Assembly (NCBI GenBank): GCA_019358935.1
Contig: JAHHIK010000148.1
Coordinates: forward strand, 1 to 16,146
Direction of reading: 5' to 3'
Source of the DNA: Tolypothrix carrinoi HA7290-LM1
Lineage (GTDB): Bacteria > Cyanobacteriota > Cyanobacteriia > Cyanobacteriales > Nostocaceae
Length of the DNA: 16,146 nucleotides
Shown here: piece by piece, positions 1-7,474 of the stretch
Position numbering within the stretch: the stretch's first letter is position 1
How the letters are laid out: each line of letters starts with the position of its first letter
Notes under the pieces: generated by a model
The model's database searches: none
What the model was told of the DNA's origin: nothing
What the model saw: only the letters and a program-made list of their open reading frames with translations
Translations under genes and position numbers: made by a program

Positions 1-88
1 CGGAGGGCATCCGGAAAGTAACGTTAGTGGAGTCGCAGCCTCTACCTCTGCTGGTCGTAAGACCTGTAAAGGCAAGCAGCGACGATGA
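1..88 (+). CDS. tnpB: 3' end of an IS200/IS605-family TnpB (RNA-guided endonuclease) gene, truncated by the window edge
   Basis: The frame starting at base 2 reads GGHPESNVSGVAASTSAGRKTCKGKQRR* (TGA 86-88). This resembles the variable C-terminal tail of cyanobacterial TnpB and is followed directly by an IS605-type right end. No catalytic motifs lie inside the window. Confidence 0.6.
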   Translation, partial: GGHPESNVSGVAASTSAGRKTCKGKQRR

Positions 89-93
89 AACTA

Positions 94-127
94 GAATCCC
101 CACACCGTAGGGCATGGGGAGTGTCAA
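94..127 (+). mobile_element. IS605-type right end (subterminal hairpin plus terminal TCAA); 3' end of the TnpB omegaRNA scaffold
   Basis: GAATCCCCAC...ATGGGGAGTGTCAA, with a TCCCCA(97-102)/TGGGGA(115-120) hairpin and terminal TCAA at 124-127. The predicted guide starts at 128 (TAGTCTAAACTCCAGT...). Confidence 0.7.
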
Positions 128-302
128 TAGTCTAAACTCCAGTAGAGGAATAAGCGTGCGAACTCAGCCCAGTTAAGGTTACTCTACTGAAGCCTGAAAT
201 CCCCCCATAAATGGTTTTCTCCAGAACGAATCGCACCGACTGTTCCCGGCTAGCCCGCATCACTAGTAGCATGAGAGAAATAGGTTAGATTGGGGAGTAT
301 CT

Positions 303-439
303 ATGACATACGAGCAGGTTAAAAACTTAAAACCAGAGGACTTTAAACGGCTGTGTGGTGTGCGAAAGCGAGACTTTTGGTCAAATGTTAGAAGTAGTGC
401 GATCGCTCTTTGCAACATAAGCGTAAACCAAAAAGACCT
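303..439 (+). pseudogene. IS5-family (IS702/ISL2-like) transposase N-terminal remnant, frameshifted and truncated
   Basis: ATG303 reads MTYEQVKNLKPEDFKRLCGVR; after frameshifts it continues ETFGQMLEVVRS and KRKPKRP. This matches the remembered N-terminus of cyanobacterial IS5 transposases (…FKRLCGV…TF.QM.EV….KPGRP). It stops at the IsrB element boundary. Confidence 0.65.
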
Positions 440-660
440 TTCAACTACCTCGCCCTAAAAGGGACGAGGATTGTTAAGAGCAAACTTAGCAACGCAAGTG
501 TTGAATAGCCCCGAAGAGACTAATTACGGTTAAAGACTTCCAAGTGCTCCCCCAGCTTGGACATCCTCTAAGACTATTTGTTTAGTCGTTGCGTCACGGC
601 AAGCCATCTGTAATTAGTTGGGCGAGGGGACATCAACTCCCTTCATGAGAATTATCTTAA
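420..660 (+). ncRNA. IsrB omegaRNA (5' guide ~420-439, scaffold ~440-635)
   Basis: A 220-nt non-coding leader with these pairings: TTCAAC(440-445)/GTTGAA(500-505), GACTAATTACGG(518-529)/CTGTAATTAGTT(608-619), TCCAAG(539-544)/CTTGGA(556-561), GACTA(572-576)/TAGTC(583-587). Potential pseudoknots are GCCC(508-511)/GGGC(620-623) and TCCCC(548-552)/GGGGA(626-630). Confidence 0.78.
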
Positions 661-1764
661 ATGCGAGTTCCAGTAGTAGACCATAAAAACAAACCATTAA
701 TGCCAACCACCCCTAGTCGCGCTCGACGTTGGGTAAAGGACGGCAAAGCAGTTAAGCGGTGGTCAAAGTTGGGTGTATTTTATGTCCAACTTGTAAAGCC
801 TCCATCCGGCTACAAAAAGCAAGATATTGCGGTGGGACTTGACCCAGGCAAGCTTTATAGCGGCGTGGCAGTTCAATCAGCTAAATGCACGTTGTTAATG
901 TTGCACATAGAATTACCATTCAAAACTGTTAAAGCTCGGATGGAGCAACGCGCCATGATGCGGCGCAGTCGTAGAGGTAGACGAATTGACCGCAAGCAAC
1001 CATTTAAGGAGCGCGCTCACCGCCAGAAACGCTTTGCGAATCGACGTAATAGTAAGTTGCCGCCCAGCATCAATGCTAATAAACGTCTAGAACTGCGCGT
1101 TTTGCGGCTTCTGACTCAGTTGTACCCCATCTCCCATATCGTTATCGAGCAAATCAAAGCTAGGGGTGATAAAGGGTTTAGTCCAGCGATGGTGGGGCAA
1201 GTGTGGCAACTAGAAAAGTTAGTCCAGGCTGAAAAGTTTTTTGGTTTTAAAATCTCAACTAAGTTTGGTTGGGAAACATCCCAACTACGCCAACATCTTG
1301 GATTACCCAAGGACAAGCAAGATAAGTCACGCCAAATACCCGCTACGCACGCAGTTGATGGCATTGCACTAGCTTGTACCCGATGGATGCAGTATGGCGT
1401 ATTGTCCCCAACCCGGATGGGCTGGAGAGGTAATGCCACAGTAACACCCGCAGTGTTCGTGATTGTCAAACGTCCCCCATATTCTCGCCGTCAGCTTCAT
1501 CTCATGGTTCCAGCCTTGGCTGGAGGTCGTCGTAAGTATGGCGGTAGCGTCACTCGGCATGGTTTCCGCAAAGGTGACTATGTTGAGGCAATCCAGGGCA
1601 GCAAGACCTATCGCGGTTGGGTAAGTGGAGACACTGAAAAACAGATTTCTGTCTCTGATGCAAATTGGAAGCGATTGAGCCAGTTTGCCAAAAACAAAGT
1701 TCGCCTAATTAGACGTTCAACAGGTCTAATTGTCATTGCAAGTAAATATAAAGCCGTCCTATAA
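661..1764 (+). CDS. isrB: IsrB-type RNA-guided nickase (PLMP/RRXRR domain, split RuvC, no HNH)
   Basis: 367 aa. Contains the N-terminal KPLMP motif, RuvC-I GLDPG (D61), Arg-rich bridge helix RRSRRGRR, RuvC-II IVIEQI and RuvC-III THAVDGIALA. There is no CxxC/HNH insert between RuvC-II and RuvC-III, and the size fits IsrB rather than IscB. Confidence 0.85.
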   Translation: MRVPVVDHKNKPLMPTTPSRARRWVKDGKAVKRWSKLGVFYVQLVKPPSGYKKQDIAVGLDPGKLYSGVAVQSAKCTLLMLHIELPFKTVKARMEQRAMMRRSRRGRRIDRKQPFKERAHRQKRFANRRNSKLPPSINANKRLELRVLRLLTQLYPISHIVIEQIKARGDKGFSPAMVGQVWQLEKLVQAEKFFGFKISTKFGWETSQLRQHLGLPKDKQDKSRQIPATHAVDGIALACTRWMQYGVLSPTRMGWRGNATVTPAVFVIVKRPPYSRRQLHLMVPALAGGRRKYGGSVTRHGFRKGDYVEAIQGSKTYRGWVSGDTEKQISVSDANWKRLSQFAKNKVRLIRRSTGLIVIASKYKAVL

Positions 1765-1782
1765 GGACGGGGTTTCAGACCC

Positions 1783-1788
1783 AAGGAG
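1783..1788 (+). promoter_or_regulatory. Shine-Dalgarno AAGGAG inside the IsrB element terminus, 5 nt upstream of ATG1794
   Basis: CCAAGGAGTTCCG-ATG at 1781-1796. Confidence 0.5.
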
Positions 1789-1793
1789 TTCCG

Positions 1794-3131
1794 ATGAATA
1801 ACTTTTCCAAGAGGTCTAATCATGACTTATCAAAAGCAATCGATGACCTCGTACAATCTACGTTTACTCCAGATGAACCAGGAGTAGCTGTCATTGTTAT
1901 TCAAGCCGGCGAGGTTATCTATCGCAAAAGTTATGGAATGGCAAATTTAGAACTTGAAGTTCCAATTACTGAAGAAATGGTCTTCCGTCTTGGGTCAATA
2001 ACGAAACAGTTTACAGCAGTTGCTGTGCTGATGCTGATGGAGCAAGGCAAATTAGCTCTTGATGACCCGATTACTAAGTTCTTGCCCGATTATCCGACTC
2101 ACGACCATTTAATAACAGTAGAACATTTGTTAACTCATACCTCTGGCATAAAAAGCTATACATCTATGCCTGAGTGGTTGTCTGTACAACGAAAAGATTT
2201 TGCCGTTTCCGAATTGATTGACTTTTTCAAATATCAGCCGATGCAGTTTGCACCGGGGAAGCGTTGGTTTTATAACAACTCAGGATACATTCTTCTTGGT
2301 GCGATTATTGAAAAAGTATCAGGGCAGACTTACGAGCAATTCGTTCAACAGAATATATTCGATGTGTTGGGAATGAAACACTCTTACTATGACGTGCCAC
2401 AACGTATTATTCCTGGACGTGCTTCTGGTTATCAAAAAGGAAAAAACGGTTATTTGAATGCAGAATATTTGAGTATGACACAAGCCTATGCTGCGGGTGC
2501 TTTGGCTTCGACTGTAGATGATTTAGCAATATGGGATGCTGCACTTTACACAGAACAATTAATCTCACAAAAGACGCTGCTCCGGGCGTTTACTCCATAC
2601 AATTTACCTGATTGTTGTTATGGCTATGGTTGGTTTATTAGTAATTATCAGGGGCATCAAATAGTGGAGCATGGTGGTGGAATCCACGGTTTCGTAACCC
2701 ATGCTGTTAGGATACCAGATGAGCGGATCTTTGTAGCCATGTTCTCAAACAATGAGGACAAAGGGTTTACAATTGAAGCGTTAACAGTTAAAATTGCTAC
2801 GCTTACTATTGGTAAGCCCTATCAAGATCCTCCAATAATTCAAGTAAGTTCAGAACTCCTTGCTTCTTATGAAGGTGTATATCAAATAGACAACGTTGAA
2901 TTCACTATTACCTACAAGAACGGTATTCTTATCTCTGAAGGAAAAAGCCGCCCTCCATTAGAGTACATGGCAATTTCTCCAACTGAATTCGTTTTGAAGT
3001 CAAATAGTTTTCACCAGCTTAAGTTTATTAGCAACGCATCAGACGTAGTTACGGGAGTAGAGCGACGATATCGTTTAGATCCACCATTATTAGCAGAGAA
3101 AACAGCTAAACAAGAGCCAAAATTAGAATAG
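1794..3131 (+). CDS. Serine hydrolase, beta-lactamase class C/AmpC-like (peptidase S12 type), with a C-terminal accessory domain
   Basis: Motifs FRLGSITK (SxxK), YNN (YxN), LLTHTSG and HGGG. About 95 extra C-terminal residues; no signal peptide. The first ~8 codons may be mobile-element-derived. Confidence 0.9.
   Translation: MNNFSKRSNHDLSKAIDDLVQSTFTPDEPGVAVIVIQAGEVIYRKSYGMANLELEVPITEEMVFRLGSITKQFTAVAVLMLMEQGKLALDDPITKFLPDYPTHDHLITVEHLLTHTSGIKSYTSMPEWLSVQRKDFAVSELIDFFKYQPMQFAPGKRWFYNNSGYILLGAIIEKVSGQTYEQFVQQNIFDVLGMKHSYYDVPQRIIPGRASGYQKGKNGYLNAEYLSMTQAYAAGALASTVDDLAIWDAALYTEQLISQKTLLRAFTPYNLPDCCYGYGWFISNYQGHQIVEHGGGIHGFVTHAVRIPDERIFVAMFSNNEDKGFTIEALTVKIATLTIGKPYQDPPIIQVSSELLASYEGVYQIDNVEFTITYKNGILISEGKSRPPLEYMAISPTEFVLKSNSFHQLKFISNASDVVTGVERRYRLDPPLLAEKTAKQEPKLE
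1803..1818 (+). mobile_element. Probable IS5-family (IS702-like) right inverted repeat remnant
   Basis: TTTTCCAAGAGGTCTA resembles the TTTTGCAAGAGGTCTA terminus I recall for cyanobacterial IS5/ISL2-group elements. It lies on the far side of the IsrB element from the IS5 transposase remnant. Confidence 0.45.
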
Positions 3132-3196
3132 AAATTTCTTTGGTTTTGAGTTGGGGTCTTATAACCTAAGCTGTTATAAAGCAAACTCTGCGCGTG

Positions 3197-3232
3197 AAGC
3201 GTTCGCGGAGCGTGTCGCAGACAAGCTATCGC
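3197..3232. repeat. Small dispersed repeat (SDR-like, ~22-26 bp) beside a degenerate HIP1
   Basis: AAGC-GTTCGCGGAGCGTGTCGCAGAC-AAGC-TATCGC: a GC-rich unit with mini-hairpins (CGC-GGA-GCG, TGTC-GCA-GACA) between AAGC direct repeats, next to GCTATCGC. Confidence 0.5.
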
Positions 3233-3446
3233 ATTGCGAATCGCGCGTTTAGTTGAAAATCGAGGAATTGACAATGAAGACGAGCTGATGATGGGACAAC
3301 ACAATTTGATTCGTAGTGTGGCGATCGCTCATTGATTAAAGCTCTTTTTTTGAAAACTGAACTACTAAGATACCACCATTCGCTTATCGCGCTTATGTGC
3401 GATGATAATATAAACTAGCCCTCTTCTGTTGTGAGATGAGCGCCAA

Positions 3447-4142
3447 ATGACATTAACTGCACAGCAACTAGAAGCCATGATGCCTGATGCAAGTCAGTTA
3501 TACAGCGATGAGCCGGAAATGGAAAGTTCTCTCCACTATATGCAGCTATTGTTGCTTGTCACTTGCTTAGATTGGCTGTGGCGCGACAAAAATGATTATT
3601 TCATCGGAGCTAATCTTACCATTTATTTTAGTCGCCAACAACTGCGAAATCGTGATTTTCGCGGTCCAGATTTTTTCTTAGTCAAACAAACTCAAAAGCG
3701 TCCTCGCAACTCTTGGGTAGTTTGGGAAGAAGACGGTAAATATCCCAATTTGATTATCGAATTATTATCGACTAGCACCGCCGACACAGACCGAAATTTG
3801 AAAAAAAACCTGTATCAAGATTTCCACACACCAGAATATTTCTACTTTTCACCTGACACGTTAGAATTTGCCGGATTTAGACTAGTTGGAAGTGAATATA
3901 AAGAAATTGCGGCAAATAACAATGGTTGGCGCTGGAGTCAGGAGTTAAGCTTGTATTTGGGTATAGAGTCAGGCAAACTGCGCTACTTTACCGGTGAAGG
4001 TAGTTTAGTGCCAACACCTGAAGAAGCGGCATTACAGGCACAATTAGACTTAGAACAGCAAATTATAGAGTTACAACAAGAACGACAACGCGCTGAACAA
4101 TTGGCTGAAAGATTGCGAATGCTTGGCATTGACCTAGACTAA
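3447..4142 (+). CDS. Uma2-family PD-(D/E)XK putative endonuclease
   Basis: Motifs SDEPEMES..H, GPDFF, IIELLS.ST and PEYF, with the C-terminal coiled coil QERQRAEQLAERLR.LGID typical of cyanobacterial Uma2 paralogs. Confidence 0.9.
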   Translation: MTLTAQQLEAMMPDASQLYSDEPEMESSLHYMQLLLLVTCLDWLWRDKNDYFIGANLTIYFSRQQLRNRDFRGPDFFLVKQTQKRPRNSWVVWEEDGKYPNLIIELLSTSTADTDRNLKKNLYQDFHTPEYFYFSPDTLEFAGFRLVGSEYKEIAANNNGWRWSQELSLYLGIESGKLRYFTGEGSLVPTPEEAALQAQLDLEQQIIELQQERQRAEQLAERLRMLGIDLD

Positions 4143-4150
4143 ATAAGCAA

Positions 4151-5815
4151 CTATTTCAACTTCAATTCATCAAACTTTACAATTGGCGAATTCGGTTTGC
4201 GAGTATCAAAACGATAGCTGCTAATTGTACCGATTTCTGTGTCGAAGATGCTAAAAACTGTGATGTCATTACTGGCAATATAGGGCAAAGGCTTACCATC
4301 TTCACCTAACAGTGGGGCAATTGATGGTATAATTGGTTCTAAATCATTTGGATCGCCAACTTCCGCATAATCTTCTTGATACCCAATTGGCACTTCTCGC
4401 TTGTTTTCACCCCAGTGGGCACCGTAAGAATTACCAACATTAGATGTTTCTAAAAAGTGCATTCCCGATTGACTAAGAAAGCGGTTCCACAAATGCGAAT
4501 GCCCATAAAATACAAATTGCACTTTCGCCGCTTCTAATAACGGTATAACATCTCTAATAATATAATCTGCATTTTTGGGATATTCATAACGCACTGCTTT
4601 AATATTACCATCTTCATCGCGTTCAATTATCTGCACTGGCTCGGTATATGCAGGAACAACGTTACCACCCAAAGAATGGGGGGGATGATGCAACATGACA
4701 ACTTTATATTTTGCTTGTTGAAACTCTAAGCTATTTAGTTCTTGCACTAGCCAATTATATTGCTTGCTATTTTTAGCGATCGCCTCATAAATATGCTGTC
4801 CGTAACCCCAATTCTCACTTGTTTTTAAATCAGCATCTCGTTCCCGATACCTACCTTTTGCGTCTGCATCCATGTTAGGAAATCGCCACATATTCGTCGC
4901 GTAAAGTACTACCAAACGCACATCACCAAAGCTAGTTGCATAATAAGTTTTGCCACCTTCTATACTTTCCGGGAGGGTGAAAATTTCTTCGTAAGTATCG
5001 GTGTTAAAAGAATTATCTTTCAGAGATTCCCCGTATAACTTTTGGGCAACTGTACGCGGAATGGTATCATCAAATTCATCATTTAAACTTTCTGTCCTGG
5101 CACGTCCCATAATTTCATGATTGCCGATGCAAGTAAACATTGGCGCATGTTGAATTATTTGCCCGCCAGTGTAGGATGTATTATCTATTTTATAATTAGC
5201 ACGACCTTGCAAACACGGAAAGAAAGCACCACCGCGATTATCATCAAACCATTCACTAGCGCGATCGCTTACATTCACCAAATCACCCGCAAACCAAACT
5301 GCATCCACTCGTCCTACCGTCTCCACCATCTTTTGCAGATTTGCTGCTACCATCGGCTTGATTTGATGGTCGGAAGTAAGTAGAATTTTCATGGGTGTAC
5401 CTGGTTTTGGCGAAGGTGCAAGGGTAAACACATCGCTGCTAACACTCTCACCATCTTCCCGCACACTCGTGACGCGATAACAAACCCGCACACCGCAAGT
5501 TAAACCAGTAACTTCAGCTTCATGTCGCCAAATATCGCGTTTGATAGGTTTTTGATATTCAGTTTCATTTGCTACTTGCGAGTTTTGGTCTTCCCGCGTG
5601 CGACTGAGTTTAGTTGTATTCGCAACAACTGTTTTATCGAGATTTTCGCCATAAGTGACTGTGTGTTGACCGGCAAACTCGGTAAACCAAACAACTCGTA
5701 CTGAAGTTTCGGTTGGTAGTTGCAGAAACGGATCGGTGAGTAGTTTGGGTGCGGATGTCATACCGATTTGAGATTGGGAATTACTAAAAAACTGTAGCTT
5801 GGACATTGCCCACAC
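4151..5815 (-). CDS. Calcineurin-like metallophosphoesterase with N-terminal FN3/purple-acid-phosphatase domain
   Basis: Motifs SDHQ, AGDLV, GNHE, HHP and GHSH; N-terminal PFLQLP..V.W..HEAEVTGL. The start is uncertain (GTG5815, or ATG at 5806 or 5761). Confidence 0.88.
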   Translation of the reverse strand: MWAMSKLQFFSNSQSQIGMTSAPKLLTDPFLQLPTETSVRVVWFTEFAGQHTVTYGENLDKTVVANTTKLSRTREDQNSQVANETEYQKPIKRDIWRHEAEVTGLTCGVRVCYRVTSVREDGESVSSDVFTLAPSPKPGTPMKILLTSDHQIKPMVAANLQKMVETVGRVDAVWFAGDLVNVSDRASEWFDDNRGGAFFPCLQGRANYKIDNTSYTGGQIIQHAPMFTCIGNHEIMGRARTESLNDEFDDTIPRTVAQKLYGESLKDNSFNTDTYEEIFTLPESIEGGKTYYATSFGDVRLVVLYATNMWRFPNMDADAKGRYRERDADLKTSENWGYGQHIYEAIAKNSKQYNWLVQELNSLEFQQAKYKVVMLHHPPHSLGGNVVPAYTEPVQIIERDEDGNIKAVRYEYPKNADYIIRDVIPLLEAAKVQFVFYGHSHLWNRFLSQSGMHFLETSNVGNSYGAHWGENKREVPIGYQEDYAEVGDPNDLEPIIPSIAPLLGEDGKPLPYIASNDITVFSIFDTEIGTISSYRFDTRKPNSPIVKFDELKLK

Positions 5816-5853
5816 TACAGCTTACACTGCTTTGTAAATATTTACTTTATCAA

Positions 5854-5927
5854 TCGGAGCGGCGGGATTCGAACCCACGACCTCCACTACCCCAAAGTGG
5901 CGCGCTACCAAGCTGCGCTACGCCCCG
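5854..5927 (-). tRNA. tRNA-Pro(GGG)
   Basis: Reverse complement is CGGGGCGTAGCGCAGCTTGGTAGCGCGCCACTTTGGGGTAGTGGAGGTCGTGGGTTCGAATCCCGCCGCTCCGA. Anticodon arm CCACT-TTGGGGT-AGTGG, T-loop TTCGAAT, CCA not encoded. Confidence 0.97.
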
Positions 5928-6033
5928 TTAATTTGATTTCAGATTTTGGATTTATCCAATTTGGAATCTAAAATCAATCAACTTAACTTTGCCATTATAG
6001 CATAAGTTAATAGAAAAACAATAACGAATTGAT

Positions 6034-6399
6034 TCAAAATACTTTCAGCGTTGCAGCGGCTTGCAGCAAACCAGCAACAGCGTCAGCATTCCATTTACCT
6101 TCTACACAACGCCCTGTATTGAGGATAAAGCGCAAGCTGTAGGCGTGGGGATAGCCTTCAACTTCCATCCATAATAAATCGCTTTCGGCTTCGCAGGCGA
6201 TTTTCTCTTCATCCATCAATTCGCCAGCTAATTGCTTCATCGTGTCTGCTAGCTGCGCTAGTAACCGACAAAAGTCATTTAATTCGGCTTCGGTTAACTC
6301 GATCGCCCAATCATCTGTACCCACTAAACCTTTAAATTCAGGTGCGTTAGGATTCCAGCCAATACGCCAATCAGATCCACTTTTTACAAAACGTTGCAT
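6034..6399 (-). CDS. Conserved cyanobacterial protein, DUF1818-like
   Basis: WRIGW.P....F.GLVG.DDWA.ELTE.E pattern and ELMDEEKI.CEAES.LLW.E.EG; the family is recalled from memory. Confidence 0.75.
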   Translation of the reverse strand: MQRFVKSGSDWRIGWNPNAPEFKGLVGTDDWAIELTEAELNDFCRLLAQLADTMKQLAGELMDEEKIACEAESDLLWMEVEGYPHAYSLRFILNTGRCVEGKWNADAVAGLLQAAATLKVF

Positions 6400-6581
6400 A
6401 ATTGCGAATTGGTAATTGCGAATTGGTAATTGCGAATTGGTAATTGCGAATTGGTAATTGCGAATTGGAATGAGAGATTCTTTCCATTACCGATTACCCA
6501 TTCCCCATTACCCATTACCCATTCCCCATTACCGATTACCGATTACCGATTACCGATTACCGATTACCGATTACCCATTCC
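6399..6581. repeat. STRR-type inverted tandem-repeat element
   Basis: Five perfect TAATTGCGAATTGG units (6399-6468), a short spacer AATGAGAGATTCTTT, then about 14 heptamers CCCATTA/CCGATTA/CCCATTC (6484-6581). Confidence 0.9.
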
Positions 6582-7082
6582 CTAATTCCTGGTAAAGATG
6601 TTGACTAAGACTTGCACTAAGGCGTTTCGCTGACTAATGTTAAGACGGGAAATGGCTGCTTTGTCGCCTTCTAAAGGATTTTGCCGTAAAGTATCATTAC
6701 CTGGATATGTCGTCACATACATAACTTCATTTGCACCCAGGTAATCTGCCAAAGTTAACTTCCAATCGAATCGATAATTTGGCGCACGTTCTTTTACATA
6801 AACATGATACCTGAGCAGGCGACTTGCTAGAGTATTGTTTTCGGCAACTTTGCCAGTTTCTTTATTGATGTACTTATTTTCTCGTGGAAAGTCGGGCAAT
6901 TGCTGATATACTTTTTGCCAAACTTCACCCGGACTAATTCTTTGGGCTACGGCAGGTTGGATACCAAAGAAATTTGTGTGAATTAATTTGCCGGTTCCCG
7001 AACCGAAAACAAGCAAACTCACTACCATTAAGGCAGTGAGTGCTTGCAAGTACGGTTGAATGAACGATGATTTTTTGCTCAT
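6582..7082 (-). CDS. Conserved hypothetical exported protein
   Basis: The ORF is open to 7142, but ATG7082 (MSKKSS…) follows AAAGGTAGG and avoids overlap with rpoZ. It has a basic N-terminus, a hydrophobic helix and an AVA-Q cleavage-like site. Confidence 0.75.
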   Translation of the reverse strand: MSKKSSFIQPYLQALTALMVVSLLVFGSGTGKLIHTNFFGIQPAVAQRISPGEVWQKVYQQLPDFPRENKYINKETGKVAENNTLASRLLRYHVYVKERAPNYRFDWKLTLADYLGANEVMYVTTYPGNDTLRQNPLEGDKAAISRLNISQRNALVQVLVNIFTRN

Positions 7083-7104
7083 CCTACCTTTGTGGAGGCG
7101 TTTT

Positions 7105-7341
7105 TTATAATTCGCCAATAATTTCTGGCTGAGTAAGTTCATCAGACATCTCGATAATTGCCCGGAGTACTGGCTTCATCATTATATCTTCATTATTTTC
7201 AAAGTCTTCATAACGCCGGCGTTTGGCACGATTTGCCACCTGAACCGTGATGCGGTAGCGATTTGAAGCTGCACTAATCAGATCCTCAGCACGGTGCATA
7301 ATTTGGGACTGAGTTGTCTCGAATTTAGAACGCTTTAGCAT
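7105..7341 (-). CDS. rpoZ: DNA-directed RNA polymerase subunit omega (Ycf61 type)
   Basis: [45 protein letters not shown]…[13 protein letters not shown]; 78 aa from ATG7341. Confidence 0.93.
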   Translation of the reverse strand: MLKRSKFETTQSQIMHRAEDLISAASNRYRITVQVANRAKRRRYEDFENNEDIMMKPVLRAIIEMSDELTQPEIIGEL

Positions 7342-7474
7342 AGTCGGTGGTTCTTGGGGTCTTCCCCAGTTTAGCAGCACTGATAGATATACTGCTCTGT
7401 TGATAGAGGTTAATAGGATGATTGTCTATTTATAAGTAACTTGTAACACCAAATTAATTAATCAAAGCGATCGC

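Larger units (their letters stand above)
440..1793 (+). mobile_element. Non-autonomous IS200/IS605-superfamily element carrying isrB and omegaRNA (no tnpA)
   Basis: Starts TTCAACTAC, then a bulged hairpin CCTCG-CCCT-AAA-AGGG-A-CGAGG (448-469). It ends with the related hairpin CCGTCCT-ATA-AGGACGG (1754-1770), followed 23 nt later by ATGAA (1794-1798), a TAM-like motif. Boundaries are uncertain by 1-2 nt. Confidence 0.8.

Noticed and set aside
661..1764. IscB or Cas9 call
   Set aside because: No HNH or zinc-finger insert between RuvC-II and RuvC-III, only 367 aa, and no CRISPR array.
1116..1823. Antisense ORFs within isrB, and similar short ORFs inside the phosphoesterase, GH13, S8 and glgC genes
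   Set aside because: These are shadow ORFs overlapping well-supported genes, with no recognisable motifs.
1794..3131. Bona fide antibiotic-resistance beta-lactamase, or cargo of the IsrB element
   Set aside because: It has no signal peptide and HGG rather than KTG, typical of the broad esterase/peptidase group. It lies outside the element's terminal hairpin and TAM.
407..3320. HIP1-free stretch as evidence of horizontal acquisition of the serine hydrolase
   Set aside because: At about 0.9 sites/kb only 2-3 would be expected, and a 2.2-kb gap also occurs over core genes (5269-7466), so this is not persuasive.
3447..4142. Uma2 nuclease as a functional partner of IsrB or part of a defence island
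   Set aside because: Uma2 paralogs are abundant and scattered in cyanobacteria; nothing in the sequence links it to the element.
5854..5927. tRNA-Pro as an integration site for an island covering the left part of the window
   Set aside because: No duplicated tRNA 3' end and no integrase seen within the window.
7342..7380. N-terminal extension of RpoZ given by the ORF track
   Set aside because: The conserved RpoZ sequence begins at MLKRSK (ATG7341).
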